Shown here piece after piece: positions 25,880 to 39,125 of a stretch of 64,000 nt of DNA. The position numbers and the translations under genes are program-made. The DNA is from Okamejei kenojei (taxonomy: Eukaryota): NCBI GenBank assembly GCA_035221665.1, contig CM069153.1, positions 36,704,001 through 36,768,000 on the forward strand, in the 5' to 3' direction. The notes beneath the pieces were generated by a model that worked only from the letters and a program-made list of their open reading frames with translations, was not told where the DNA came from and made no database searches. Within the stretch, counting starts at the first letter, position 1. Every line of letters begins with the position of its first letter.

Positions 25880-26980
25880 GGTTTCCCTCTGCTGTCTTAG
25901 ATGGATCCTTCACACACATCTCATGTGCCCCACAGTTCATATCTTGTCCCCTCTCACCAGACAGAACAAGAATAGAGTTCCCCTCGTCCTTTCACTCCAT
26001 AAGCCTCCGCATTCAACATATTCTCCGACATTCCCACCGCCTTCAGCATGATCCCACCACTGGTCACATCTTCCTATCGCCACCGCTTTCTGCAGAGACT
26101 GTTCCCACTCCAACCTTCTTTCACCTCCCTTCCCATTCACACCACCCCTTCCCAGGTACTTTACCCTGCAATCACCTGTCCCTATACCGCCTCCCTGATG
26201 TCAATCCGGGAACCCCAGCGGTCCTTCCAGGTGAGACAGAGGTTCACGTGCACCTCCTCTAACCTCATCTACTACGTTGGGTACTGATATGGCCTCCTCT
26301 ACATCAGTGAGATTAAATGTAGAGAAGACAACCATTTTGAACACTTGTGCTCGGTCTGCCAATGCCTGCTGGATCTGCCAGCTGCTAACCATTTTAAATC
26401 CCCATACGGACCTCTTCCTCATTTCTAGGCCTCCTCAGTTGCCAGAGTGACGCCACACAAGCTGATCGAGGAACAGTACCTCATATTATACTTGGGTAGC
26501 TTAGAATCCAATGGTATGATCATTGAATTCTCCAATTTTAAGTAATTGACCTACAAATAACCCCTCTTCTCCCCTCCCCCCACCATTCTTTCTCCCCCTC
26601 ACTTCCTTGTGCCCCACGCAGAAGCGCACTCATTTCTACCTTTCTCCATCCCTCCCTCCCAGACACCCCACCATCTGCCCCCTTCCACCTACATTCATTT
26701 CTCTGGCTTCACAATTAACCGTCTTTTCTCCTTATTTCACACTTTTGATCTTTTCATCTCTGACTTTTGTTCAACCATCTTTCGATGACACCCCCTCCCT
26801 CCCCAAACATCTGTTTCCACCCATCACTTGCCAGACTTTGTCCCATTCCCACAGTTCTAACTTTTTCAGTCCACGTACCCCCCCCCCCCCCCCGGTTGAC
26901 CGTAACCCCCCCACCCCCCCCCCCCCCCCCCCCCACCACCACTTCTTAACAGTCTCAACCTGAAACATTGACTATCCATG
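25880..26980 (+). mobile_element. Older degenerate Penelope-like element 3' part
   Basis: Degenerate RQNKNRVPLVL, SFQVRQRFTCTSSNLIY and EEQYLI-like segments; pyrimidine-rich 3' region. Confidence 0.8.
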
Positions 26981-27559
26981 TTCTCGATCTAGACATCTTG
27001 CATGCCATGGGCCAATTAGGAATGAATGCATTTTTATTCCTAGTAACTTCAAAAGATATTGAACAGTTTACCTCAGAGATCCTTAGCAAATACTAGCCAT
27101 ATCAACTTGAGCAGTCATCATTTCCCTACCATCACAAATCAAAAATGTATCAGTCCCACAAGTTACAAGTCCTATGGCATTCAATAGAACTAACATCCAT
27201 GTATAGACCTCCTTCCTGACTTACAAAGTCAAATGGTGACTATCTACAACCAACAAAATGTATTTCAGTCTCAGTCCCCTCATTGTAAACAACAACTGAT
27301 TTCTAATTCCCTAGCTTCCCTCTCATCTTTAAATATCTGATGGACAGGTGCAATTTTCCAATACAAAGGAATTGTTCACGACTCGAGAGAACTTCATGGT
27401 AGCTTAGAGTCTGCAAAAATTCTAATCTGCCAGAGTGGAAATTACCTAGCTCTGAATATACAGCATTACTTAATGGCACTGAACTAAACTAATTATGTTC
27501 ATTTTGGTAATTCTCAAATTCCAATTCATTATTAATTTCCTTACATCCTGAATACTGTT

Positions 27560-27868
27560 TAGTGGTTTAGCTTAGAGAGATAGTGTGGAAATAGGCTCCT
27601 TCTGCCCACCAAGTCCACACAGACGACCAATCACCCAGTCCCATACTATCCATGCTATCCCACTTTCACATCCTACAAACGAGACACACTTTACAGAAGC
27701 CAATTAACAGTACAAAACGGCAAGTCTTTGGAATGTAGAAGGAACTCAGAGGAACTCCACGTGGTCACAGGGAAAACGTGAAAACTCAGCACAGACAGTA
27801 CTCGTATTCAGAATCAAGCCCCGCTCTCTGGCGCTGTGAAGCAGCAGCTCTACCACTGCGCCACTATG
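27560..27868 (-). mobile_element. tRNA-derived SINE (HE1/V-SINE-like)
   Basis: Reverse copy ending …ctggcgctgtgaagcagcagctctaccactgcgccac. Confidence 0.85.
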
Positions 27869-28607
27869 TTCTTTCCCTTTTTTTAGATACTGACGTGAAG
27901 CTTCAATGTGTCCATCATCTCATTTTGTTTACTATATCACTTCAGGTTTTTGACGTAATTCATTCAAATAGCAAAATATTAAATTCCCTGGAATGTATGA
28001 GTTTCCTTTTGCTGCTCCATTTTTTTTTTCATCCATTGGGACTCTTCTTAACAAATCTGTGCTTGCTTGCCCTTTGTGTGAATGTTGTTGCTTAAGACAG
28101 TTTTAATAATTGATTTTCATGGGTCTTCGGGTTAAGAAATTGGTTGTGATGTTAAATTCCATTATGATTATATTCTGCATTTATCTTACTCATGAGGAGA
28201 TCATTCACAATTAATTGAGTCAGTCTATATCTCCCTGCATGAAAGTTAACCTGGTCCAAATGCAGAATCTGTAGTTTGTTTTATCTGAACAAGCCAGGAA
28301 TAAAGGTTATTACTCCAAATGTTGGCCCCATTAGTGAGCTTAAAAAAAAACAGGGCTCACTACATACTAGAAGATACTCCATACTACAACTGGTAACTAA
28401 CTTACATATAATCCTGAAATACACTAGACTGCTCATCCCAATTTAAAGTTAAAATCTGTCTTTTAATTATACACTTACCTAATTTGTGCTCATATACTTT
28501 CTCACCTACCAGTTGCTATCAGACCTACATATCTCTCCCTTTAAATTCTAGACTTCTCCAGCCACATTTCCTACTGATCCCGAACCTATTTTTTTCATCC
28601 GTAATGT

Positions 28608-28822
28608 CAACATAGAAAATAGGTGCGGGAGGAGGCCGCTTGGCCCTTCGAGCCAGCATCACCATTCGTTGTGATCATGGGTGATCATCCATAATCAATA
28701 ACCGTGCCTGCCTTCTCCCCATATCGCTTAGACCCCGAGAGCTCTATCTAACCCTTTTAAATTCATCCAGTGAATAGGCCTCTACTGCCTTATGTGGCAG
28801 AGAATTCCACAAATTCACAAAT
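28608..28822 (-). mobile_element. CR1 3' UTR fragment
   Basis: Same sequence family as 11003-11230 (acatagaaaataggtgc…ggcccttcgagccagc). Confidence 0.85.
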
Positions 28823-30714
28823 TGAGGGCACAGCAATCTGAAATATGAATCACTAACAAGCAACTTAAGAACTGTCCTTAAAATTCCAGTAATACCCAAC
28901 TGTCAGCACCAACGCCTCAATTAGGAGCCAAAGCACATCTATGTATGAAAGAGGATCCAAGTTAATATTTACATAAACAGATGGCTGGCAAGATAACCAT
29001 CTGCAAAGCTGCCTGTCTGCACCTCAAGCATAACACCAAATATGATTGAACACAGAGTGATCCACAGGTTGAATGGACTGAAGAGGAAAAAAGCTTGAAC
29101 TTCAACATAGTGGGTTTCAATTTTAACCAGTATTCTCTCAGTCACTCATTTACACCTGCATCGGGGTGCAACGGCTTCAACACTTCTAACTCTAGACATT
29201 GGAATTACAGAAATCATACCTAAATTTAGAGATTAAATCAAAATTTACAGACAATAGTGTGTATTTAGTAAATATTAGAGCATTGACACCTAGCAACAGA
29301 CTGATATTGTCCACCTGTTAGAGCAATTTTTGATACCATCACTTGCATTGGTTCCCATGGTACACAAGTAATATTACATACTATTAATTTATTAACAAAA
29401 GCACAACTCCCATCTCACCCGCTCTCAAAGCTAAATTTACTCTCCAATTGAATTGAAGCCTTACAGTCCATGCATTTGTAGAAAACACATATGGGCAACA
29501 AACCAAACCATCCTCGTGCATTTTCCTGGCCCAGCTGGTTCTTTTGCAACATACCCTGCATATTGCATCTACATTGCATATCAGTAACGACTGAGAGTTA
29601 TTTTCTTCCTTCAAAGAAAACCAGCGTCTCTCCACCACCATCTCCATTGAACCTGGTTGAATTTACTCCCCATGGCATCCAAGGACCAAAGGAGACAAGA
29701 GACTGCGGATGGTGGAATATAGAGTAAAATTAAAATCTGCCCCATCAACCCTTCCTGACCAGATTACAATTATTACCCTCCAGCAGCCATCTTCACCCTC
29801 CCCATCTTCCCTACCCCATTTTTCTCCATTTGCCCTTCAACCCATTCCACCTACCTATCTGCATCCTATCCCTCCCATTCACCACTTTATATGGGATGTC
29901 TTCCATCTCCAATCATGTCCTGAAGCAGGGTCTCGAGCCAAAATGTTGACAATCCCATGGCCTCCACAGATGTTGCTTGAGCACGGAGCTGCTCTAGCAG
30001 TTTCACCCTACACATTACTTCCAATTAAAGCAGCAATTTATCTGTACTACTTCCACTTTGATATAGAAGATAATGTGTTATCACAATATGGCCTCTATAC
30101 TGAAGAAATCACAGTAGAGACAGATTTTTTTTTGCAGAATACTTCTGCTTAATCCACAAGTGGCTACTCCAACTTCAACTGTCTGTGGCCTCCTACACGG
30201 TTCCAATGAAATTTCCGCAAGCATCTCATCTTACAACTTAGAATTTTCAGGACTCTACATTAAATTAGAAAAACAGATACATCAGTCTTGCATCTCATTT
30301 ACAAGATTCAGTTTATCCCTTTTATTATTTCACTTTCCATTTGTCTCCCATTTACCTCACCTCCAGATATGTCATTACTGTACTCTCAGCTGTCACCAGT
30401 ATTATGTGCAACATTCAATCTCCCCTGGTCTTTACCCTACAAATCTTCTTGTTCCCTCTGCCTCCCTCATCCTTTCCTTGCAACTTAAACAAAAGACACA
30501 ACTCTACACCATTCTCTGATGAATGTAATTTCCAAAACTGAACACCGGGTGGCTCCACAGACCAAATGGTGTCTAAATGCTTTCACATTCATGTCAAATT
30601 AATTTCCTTTAGGATTACTTGTTGGCTCATAGGTGAAGAAGTTCTGCTTGCACAGGTGGGCATGAACAGCACTACACTGTGCCCAGGATCTAACTTTTTT
30701 GTTTAGTTTTTACT

Positions 30715-31028
30715 TTATAGATAGTTATAGATAGAGCCATTCGGTTAATGATAGATAGAGCCATCGCTAGTTGGCACACCGGATCTGCGCCAACCAGCGA
30801 ACCTCGCATATTAACACTACCCTACACACATTAGGAACAGTTTTTACATTTACCAAGCCAATTAACCTACAAATCTGCACGTCTTTGGAGTGTGGGAGGA
30901 TACCAAAGATCTCAGAGAAAACCCACTTGGTCATGGGGAGAACGTAGAGACAGCACCTGCAGTAGGGATCTCCGGCGCTGCAAGTGCTGTGAGGCAGCAA
31001 CTCTGCCACTGCACCACCGTGCCACCCT
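30715..31028 (-). mobile_element. tRNA-derived SINE (HE1/V-SINE-like)
   Basis: Reverse copy ending …tgtgaggcagcaactctgccactgcaccaccgtgccaccc. Confidence 0.85.
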
Positions 31029-34000
31029 GTGGGCCCAACAACAGCAAGAAAGTTGTTTTGAGGCTGGGGTTGCCAAGAGAAATAAGTGGTATCATACATG
31101 CAATTTATTCTGGACACATATCTCAATGCGTACTGTTAACAAACATGCAATAATTGGATACTTAAATAATGCCATAAAGAATTAAAAAAAGACAAGAGCA
31201 TGTATTAGAATGGAGTGGACCAACAAATTAAACATTGTAAACAATGAAGTCCCAGACGCATCATACAAATACAACTCTAGTGCCTTCTAAGCTTTCCTGT
31301 TACTTTACTTCAACATATTTCTTCAACGTTGACTATTTTTCTTCATCCCTAAACATACAATGATCTAAGTGATGGGGTACTTCCACTGCGATCAGTAACA
31401 TCAGATCCTGAATGATATAGCTATATCATTGGATCTGCATGAAGTGACGAGCGGATCAGCAAGGGACAAACTTCCATTACATCACCTTTGCCAATCTAGT
31501 TACTGCAGTTCATTACAAAGATTAATCTTCATACTAAGGGGATGCATGTTGTATGGTACTAATAATGTATTAATAAACAGGCTGCACTTTGATTTAGCAA
31601 TTAAAAATTGTCATCCATTAGTTCCTTAATTATATGGGCCACAATCTGTAACCTCAACCTAGCATTGCCTCTGAAACAATACAATTAAATCCGAGAATTA
31701 AGCCTGTTCAATGACGGGTAAGCAGAGTGCACCATAAAACAGTGAGGTGGGAAATTGGCACATCCAACATATTAAACATGCTTATGAGATGAAAAGTAGT
31801 GGACAGAGCTAAACCATCACCGCAGAATACCGAGATCTTGCTCAGCTCGTAGAAAAAAAACACCAAAAAGATTCCCATTCTTACTGGATTGGTGGATTTA
31901 ATGGTTTATCATCATGTGTACAAGATAGTGTTATCCAGGAATATCTTAAGGTGCACAAGTAAAGCAGCCAGAACAAAAAGGGAAAAGAAACAGCAAATGA
32001 CTCCGAGTCTTAGAATTTAGATTTTAAAGAGTTGAGGGACTGCAATAAAAGCAAATGTGTATTTTTACAATACTGGAGAGATTTCAGCACAGTTATATGG
32101 TTAACATTAAAAATGTCATATCTCCACTGTTAAGTAATATAGTGTTAATTTTTTCAGGGACTGCTACTCAAATGTGCAAGAGATAGTAGAGATAAAATCA
32201 AGTTAGGAATTAATTCCCCGATTCAACCAGTTTATCTCAAAAATATCAATTTTTAGGCCACCAAACATTTTGACAATGAAATAAAGAGGAAATTTCTGCA
32301 TTAATTTCATTATAATTCAACACATTTTCGAGTTTGTTGCTCTGCAGAGATGCAAGTTTCATAGTAATAAGCAAAACTTTATGAAGTGCTCCGAATGGCC
32401 ATATTTCAAAGTGTAAACTGGCATAAGGAGCTGACAGTTGAATCTTGTATTCAATTGTTGCCAATAAGACCTATTCGACACTTAAAGCAGAGTTATCTGT
32501 AAATTCACTTTGTACTAATGGTGGTTACTCTTGGTTCCACCCCCCATTTTAGAGTAACCACCATTACACTACAATGGTAAATTAAGACCAAATAACTTCC
32601 CATAGAGATTGAACATTTTCCAGTTTGAAGAACTCATTAGATAATGAAATTATGAGAAGTAACCTTAATGTCAAGATTCTGTAAAAGCTGCTGCATGCCA
32701 AAATTTGTAAATATTTTTGGTGTCTACCATCACACGCACATTTTGCAGTAGCTATATTTCCATCAAATTATGTACCTGCAGTCTCTTATTATGTATGGAC
32801 AATTACTTCCATAAAGTTTATTCAAAGCATGAGAAAGAAATTACAAAAAAGAAATACTGGAAGAAACAGGAGTAATTTCATTTTGGTGTCCACCCTTGGA
32901 CACTGTAACGCACGTTACAGTAGATAACAGGAATATTGCTCATTTGGTCAGCTACAAATGTACTTTCTTGCTATGAACACGGAGTATGTTGAAAAAGAGC
33001 AAAAGTGAAGAAATCAGCTATCATGCTTTAGAAAAAAAAAGACTTTCTAAATTTCATGTAATGGTTGTTATGGGACACCAAGCATAAAGTGTAAAAAAAA
33101 CGCATAGGAACGCCATGTTAAACAAGGAATTTTATTAATTTATTAAAATATCTCTCCCTGACATGTACTGCCACTGAGGGTTTTTGATGAATCTGAATCA
33201 TGTTGAAATAATTTGTGAACTTCAGTTTTATGTATGTCACACTTTTTGTACCCAGTATTGTAAAAACACACTTGGGCCAGCACACAAAGAGTCACCATGC
33301 TCCAGTACCCCTGCATGTTCATACTGGAGCATTTGCAACCATGTTCAGCAGATGTAGCAAGTAGGCAACCCATCTCAACCAGATTCCACCCACAGAACCT
33401 AATCTTCAAACAATTCCAATCATTCCCCAAGATTTTAAGAATCACGCCCTCGATGGAGCAAAGGCTTCTCCTGAAGCCTTGGGCCCAGATCCAGGAACAC
33501 TACTAACCAAGTTATTTCTGTAGCGTTACACCACAGGTGGCAACACCAATGTAAAAAATTGCTTGACAGGAGAAATCCAATACAGCCAATTATCATCCAA
33601 TCAATCAGCAGTCAAGTGAAGAATGGTGTTGACAAGCCCATTACGCAGCACTTACACACCATTAGTTGCACACCAATTTATTTTTCATTCCTCTAAATTG
33701 AAGCAACTCATGTCAAATTACAAACTAGACTTTTGCCATAGAAATGCAAGGCAAAGAGCCTCTCTAATGAGAGTCTAACCACCATGCTCGACATTCAACA
33801 GCGCTGCTATCTGTAGTCCTCCTCCCACCACCACTGCGGGAGTGCCTTCCCTGTGAGGACAGCAGTAGTTCAGGGTAGCTCAAGATTTAAGGGTAGTTTA
33901 CTATTGCCATTGGTTAGAGTTTCCAGTAATGTTATAGAAAATGGGAACTGGAGCAGTTTCTAACAGGGAAAAAGTGAAAAGAATCAATTGAGCGTGTAAA

Positions 34001-35374
34001 GCAAAGAGAACAAAGACTGACAAGCAATGAGGAGATTGGCACTGTCTACATCAGAATTAAGCTTCAATGCAAGGAGGGGCAAGATTAATGAAAGGCATTA
34101 AAAGGAAACTAAAGGAAATCTGTACTGAACTCTTTTTGATCTCACTGGCCTTCGGGAACGAAACTGAGCAGGTGAAAGGGTGAGCAGTTGAAACGAATTT
34201 CAATGAGAGCAAATCACAATTTAAATTTAGCAAAGTTATTGGAAAGGACTAAGATCAGAGAACTAAAAGTTCCACAGGAAATGTGACCTCTACTCCATCA
34301 CAGAATTTGGCTTCTGTTCAACCCCTCCCAAATTTCCTTGCAATATAAAACTTGTTATGTTTCCATCTTACTCTGGTTCCAATGAAAAGTCGTTAATCCA
34401 AAAAAATTAAAAGTTTCTCTTCACCAATGCTCTCTGACCTCCCTCTCAGCCTGAAATAAACTCATTAGCATTCACATTCTTTTAAAGGACTCTGCAATGT
34501 TCTGAACGTAAAAATTGGCACCCCATCTTTACTTCAAATAGCTGACCCCTTATCCTGAAACAGTGCAACCTTTTTCTGTACAACAGCAGTTCAATGTTCA
34601 AAGTTCTTGGACGAAATTAACTATTTCGCACGTAATAATCACCACATGAATGCAACTGATAAAACAGCTCAATATTCATAAGGCATTCACTCCTGGATCA
34701 CTAGGACCATTTCTGTGGAAAGTGGGACATGCACAGGTGGGACTGATGCACCTTCGAAGATAGAAAAGCACAGTACAAGAACAGGGCCTTTGTCCTAGTC
34801 TCTGTTGAACAAGAGGTCGAGATAAACTAATTGCATCTGCTCAAGCATGACCCATACACCGCCCCCCACTCCCTGCATATGCATGTCCCTTTCTAAAACC
34901 CATTACCCTCTTAAAAAAAGACTTCCCTCACCCTTCTCTTTTAATTTTTGTTCCACTCACCTTCAAGCTATGCACTCTTATCTGACATTTCCACCCTGGG
35001 GAAAAAGGTTGTGAATCCCTACCCTTTCTATGCCTCTCATAATTTCATATCTACCACGTCTCCCTTGCCTCCGATGTTTCACAGAAAACAATCCTTAACC
35101 ATTGTGGGGCCAATACTTTGTTGGGAAGGCTTTAACAGAATTGGTAAGGGAGAGGGCTCTGGTGAAGGGGGGGTTCCCAGAATGGAACATTGGGGGGGGA
35201 GGAAGGATTACATTTCAACATTATTAGGCAGAAGCTAGAGAGTAAATTGGAGGCAATTGTTATTAGGCAAGTGGGATTTGGTTAAAGGCCAGCTGATCAG
35301 AGTTCAGGACTGACATATTCTACTAAGGAGGACGGCAAGGACGGCAGGGTAACGGAACCTTGGTCAGAAAGGTG

Positions 35375-35675
35375 AAGTTTAGAGACCACATGGAAATGGG
35401 TTCTTTGGCCCATCAAGTCCAAACCAACCATCACACTAGCTTTGTTATCACATGTTCTCATCCACTCCCTACACACTAAAGGCAATTTACAGAGGCCAAT
35501 TACACTGACAAACCTGCATCTTTAGAATGCGAGAGGAAGCCAGATCACCCAGAGGAAACCCATGCGTCCTGAGGGCAAACATGCAAAATCCACACAGGTA
35601 ACACCAGAGGTCAAGATCAAACCTGGGTCTCTAGGACTGAGGCAACAGCTCTGCAAGCTGCACCACTGAGCCACC
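35375..35675 (-). mobile_element. tRNA-derived SINE (HE1/V-SINE-like)
   Basis: Same family motifs on the reverse strand. Confidence 0.8.
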
Positions 35676-35679
35676 CTAT

Positions 35680-35980
35680 GGAAAAGCCATGCTGACTGCC
35701 CCTAATTAGCCAAATTTTTTCCAAATGCAAACAAATCCTATCCTGTAGAATCCTCTCCAATAGCTCCCCTACCTCTGACATGAGGCTCACTGAACTATAA
35801 TTTCCTGGCTTCTCTTTTCTTAAAGGAACTACATTGGATCTTATCCAGTCCTCTGGGACGTCCCCTGTGGCGAGCAAAGATCTTGATCAAAGCCCCTGTA
35901 ATCACTCTTGGTTCTTTCAATAATCTGGGATAGATCCCATTAGGCTCTGGAGATTTATCTACCTTAATGGTCTTCAAGCA
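35680..35980 (-). mobile_element. CR1 fragment
   Basis: KVDKSPEPNGIYPRLLKE; ATGDVPEDW…QHGF. Confidence 0.8.
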
Positions 35981-36099
35981 TTCAAGGTCAGCATGGACTC
36001 AGCGGGCCAAAGGGTCACTATCTACGCTGTATCTCCAAACTAAAAAAATTAAAGGTCATGTCTTATTAGGTGATCGATGCGGGTAATAAAATGCAATCA

Positions 36100-38370
36100 C
36101 TTTTGTGGGGTTATACTATAGGCATTGCAATAGCCCATGGAAAAATAAAGGAACAGATAAAGGAACAGATGCAGACAGATTTTGGAAAGATCTAAAAGCA
36201 AAAGGTTGTTGTAGTGAGTGACTTCAACTTCCCCCAATATTTGACTGGGATACCCTCAATGCAAAAGGCTTAGATGGGTAGAACTTGTTAGGTGCATCCA
36301 AGAGTGTATCTTGAAACAGTATGTGCAACTCGTAGAGGGGCAATACAAACCATTGTATGGAGAGACAGGCCTGGCTAGGTGACTAGTCTTTCATTGGAAG
36401 AACATTTTAGGAACAACAATCACAACTGGACAATGGAGCTGAGAGTAGACATCGGCTTCCCAGCTGTACAAGCAGGTTCCAGATACTTGCTTGGGATTTG
36501 AGTTGATTTGGAAAGTAGTTCAAACTGAATTTAAACTTATTAGGCAGATTATTAGGCAACACCTATGGAAAGTAAATTGGGAGCAGCCCTTATTGGACAA
36601 ATCCATGTCTTGCATTTGGCAGTAATTTAAAGACCAGCTGATCATAGTTCAGGACCAGCATTTTCTAGTAAGGAGAGGGTGCAAGGATTGCCAGATAAGA
36701 GAACTTTGGATGACCAGAGGGGTAATAAATTTAGAAAGATGAAATCAGACAGAAAGGCCTAAAGGGGGCAAGAAATGTAATTGGCAAGTCAGAATATTCT
36801 GCGGCTTTTTATACATGCATTAAAAAGAGGGCAACTGGGGAGATAGGACCACTTGGGGATAAAGGGAATTTATACTTGAAGTTATAGGTCGAGGCAAGGT
36901 ATTAAATACTTAGCATTCGTATTCATCAAGAAGGACATGTAGGATAGTGTGATCAGAGTGGGACATACTAATATTCAAAAAAAAGTGCCATAGTAACTCG
37001 GAGTAAGGCAGCGTCTCTGGAGAACATGGATAGGTGACGTTTCATGTCGTGATGCTTCTTCAGACTGGTTGTGGTGGGTGGGGGAGAGGCGCAAAAGTAA
37101 AAAGCTGGAAGAAAGGAGGACAAAGCTCAGCAATTGATAGGTGGAGAAATAAAGAACTGCAGGTGCTGGTTAATACACAAAAGGACACAAAGTGCTGGAG
37201 TAACTCAGTAAGTCAGGCAGCATGTCTGGAGAAAATGGATAGGTGACATTTCGGTCCTTCGGTTCTGTGGGCAGAGAAATAAGAGATGGAGTTTAATCAG
37301 AGTAAGTGGAAGGTCAAATGGAAAGGGAAAGTATATAGTTAACCTTAACTGCATTGATGTACAGAAGGACCTTGAGATCCAAGTCCATAGCATCCCATAG
37401 GTGGCAACACAGATGGAACAGTAAAAATGGCACATGGCATGTCTTACTGGGGAACTATTTTTTCTTTCATCAAATCAAAATCTGTTTATCTTCATCGATA
37501 GAGGAATCGAGTACAAGAATCAGGAAGTCAATTGCAGTTTCGTAAAACTTTTGGTTAGGTTTCATTTGGACCGTTTGTGTGGTTGTGGTCACCACATTAC
37601 AGGAATGAAGTGGTGGCTTTAGAGAGGGTGTAGGAAAGGTTTTACTAGAATGCTGCTTGGATTAGAGGGCGTTAGTATAATGAAAGGTTGAACAATTTGT
37701 TTGAATTGGAAGAAACATTTCCTTTCTCTGGAGTGTGGGAGGTCAAGAGGAGAATAGTTTAGATAAGAGATGCAGCATGGAAACAGGCCCATCAAGTCCT
37801 GTGCCAACCAATGATCACCTGTACACTAGATCTATCTCATCATAGTTTCACATCCTACACACTAGGGGGAATTTACAAAAGCCAATTCACCTACAAACCT
37901 GCACGTCTTTGGGAAGTGGGTAGAAACTAGAACACCTAGAGAAAAATCACTCGGTCACAGGGAGTAACGCACAAATCTCCACACAGACAGCACCCGTAGT
38001 CAGGATCACCACCCGGGTCTCTAGCACTGTAAGGCAGCAACTCCACCACTGCACCACTTAGAAGTTTATATAAATTGGAAAAGCAAAGCTAGGGTAGACA
38101 GTCTGACATTTCCACCCTGGGATAAAAGTCTAAGACTAGCAAACATAGCTTGAAGGTCAGAGGGGGAAGTTTACAAGATGTGCAAGCCCACTTGGGTGCT
38201 GGTGGCAGTAGACATGAGTGGCATTTATAAGGCTTTTAGATAGGCATATAGACACGCATGGAATGTAGGGATTATGGATCATACGCAGGCAGAGATTAAT
38301 TTAATTTGGCGGCATGTTGGGCACAGACATTGTAAACCAAAGGGCCTGTTCCTATGCTGTAATGTTGTGT
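36100..38370 (+). mobile_element. Fragmented CR1 interrupted by PLE repeat and SINE insertions
   Basis: Endonuclease-region VVVSDFNFP at ~36205; CR1 3' motifs 37300-38370; nested PLE repeats ~36990-37265 and SINE 37755-38058. Confidence 0.7.
37755..38058 (-). mobile_element. tRNA-derived SINE (HE1/V-SINE-like) nested in CR1
   Basis: ctacaaacctgcacgtctttggga…cacacagacagcacccgtagtcaggatc…aggcagcaactccaccactgcaccac. Confidence 0.85.
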
Positions 38371-38692
38371 TTTCTAAATTTTCTGTGGATCAGAGAACAT
38401 ATTTGGAGAAAAAAAAGTTAACATTTCAGGTGAATAACTTTTCATTGCAACCACAGTGTGGCAGTGGAATGAACAGTTTGGATGACAAGGTGCAATCATG
38501 AGGGCCATTTTCTCCTGGATGGCGTCAAATTGTTTGAAAGCTGCCCTCATTCAGGCAAGTGGTGAGTATTCCACTACATTGACTTGTATGTTGCTGATGC
38601 CAGGATTTGGAACATCACAAAGAATATCCAGCCTCTGGCTACTTTTTGTGACTGCCTTAGTTAAACTTCCAATCAAAGGTGAATGCCCCAAA

Positions 38693-39125
38693 GGACAAAG
38701 TAATAGAGTAACTCAGCAGGTCAGGCAGCATCTCTGGAGAAGATAGATAGGTGATGTTTCAGGCAGGGACCCTTCTTATGACTGATTGTAAGGGGGGGGG
38801 GGGGGGTGAAAAGAGAGGAGAGAGCTGTGAGAGGAGAGACAGGACAGTGTGGTGGGTAAAAGGTGGACACGGGCAAGTGGAGGTTTTGATAGGCAGATGA
38901 TTACAACAATGGCCAGTGATTAAAGCAGAGGAAGCGAGGCAGGCTGAAGAGCTAATTAGTGAAGCCAGAGATAGGAATGTAGAAGGAGGGGAGGGGAGAG
39001 TGGAGAAATAGGTGCGAGTCCAGGAAGAGCACAGAAGAGTGGGGGAGTAAGGAAAGGGTGGGGGGAAGTTAGAGGTTACCTAAAATTGAAAAATCCAATG
39101 CTCATACTGTTGGATTGTTCATTAA
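38693..39125 (-). mobile_element. Degenerate Penelope-like 3' end
   Basis: gtaactcagcaggtcaggcagcatctctggag, purine-rich stretch, then ttacctaaaattgaaaaatccaatg (end of the GIY-YIG ORF, reversed). Confidence 0.7.
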
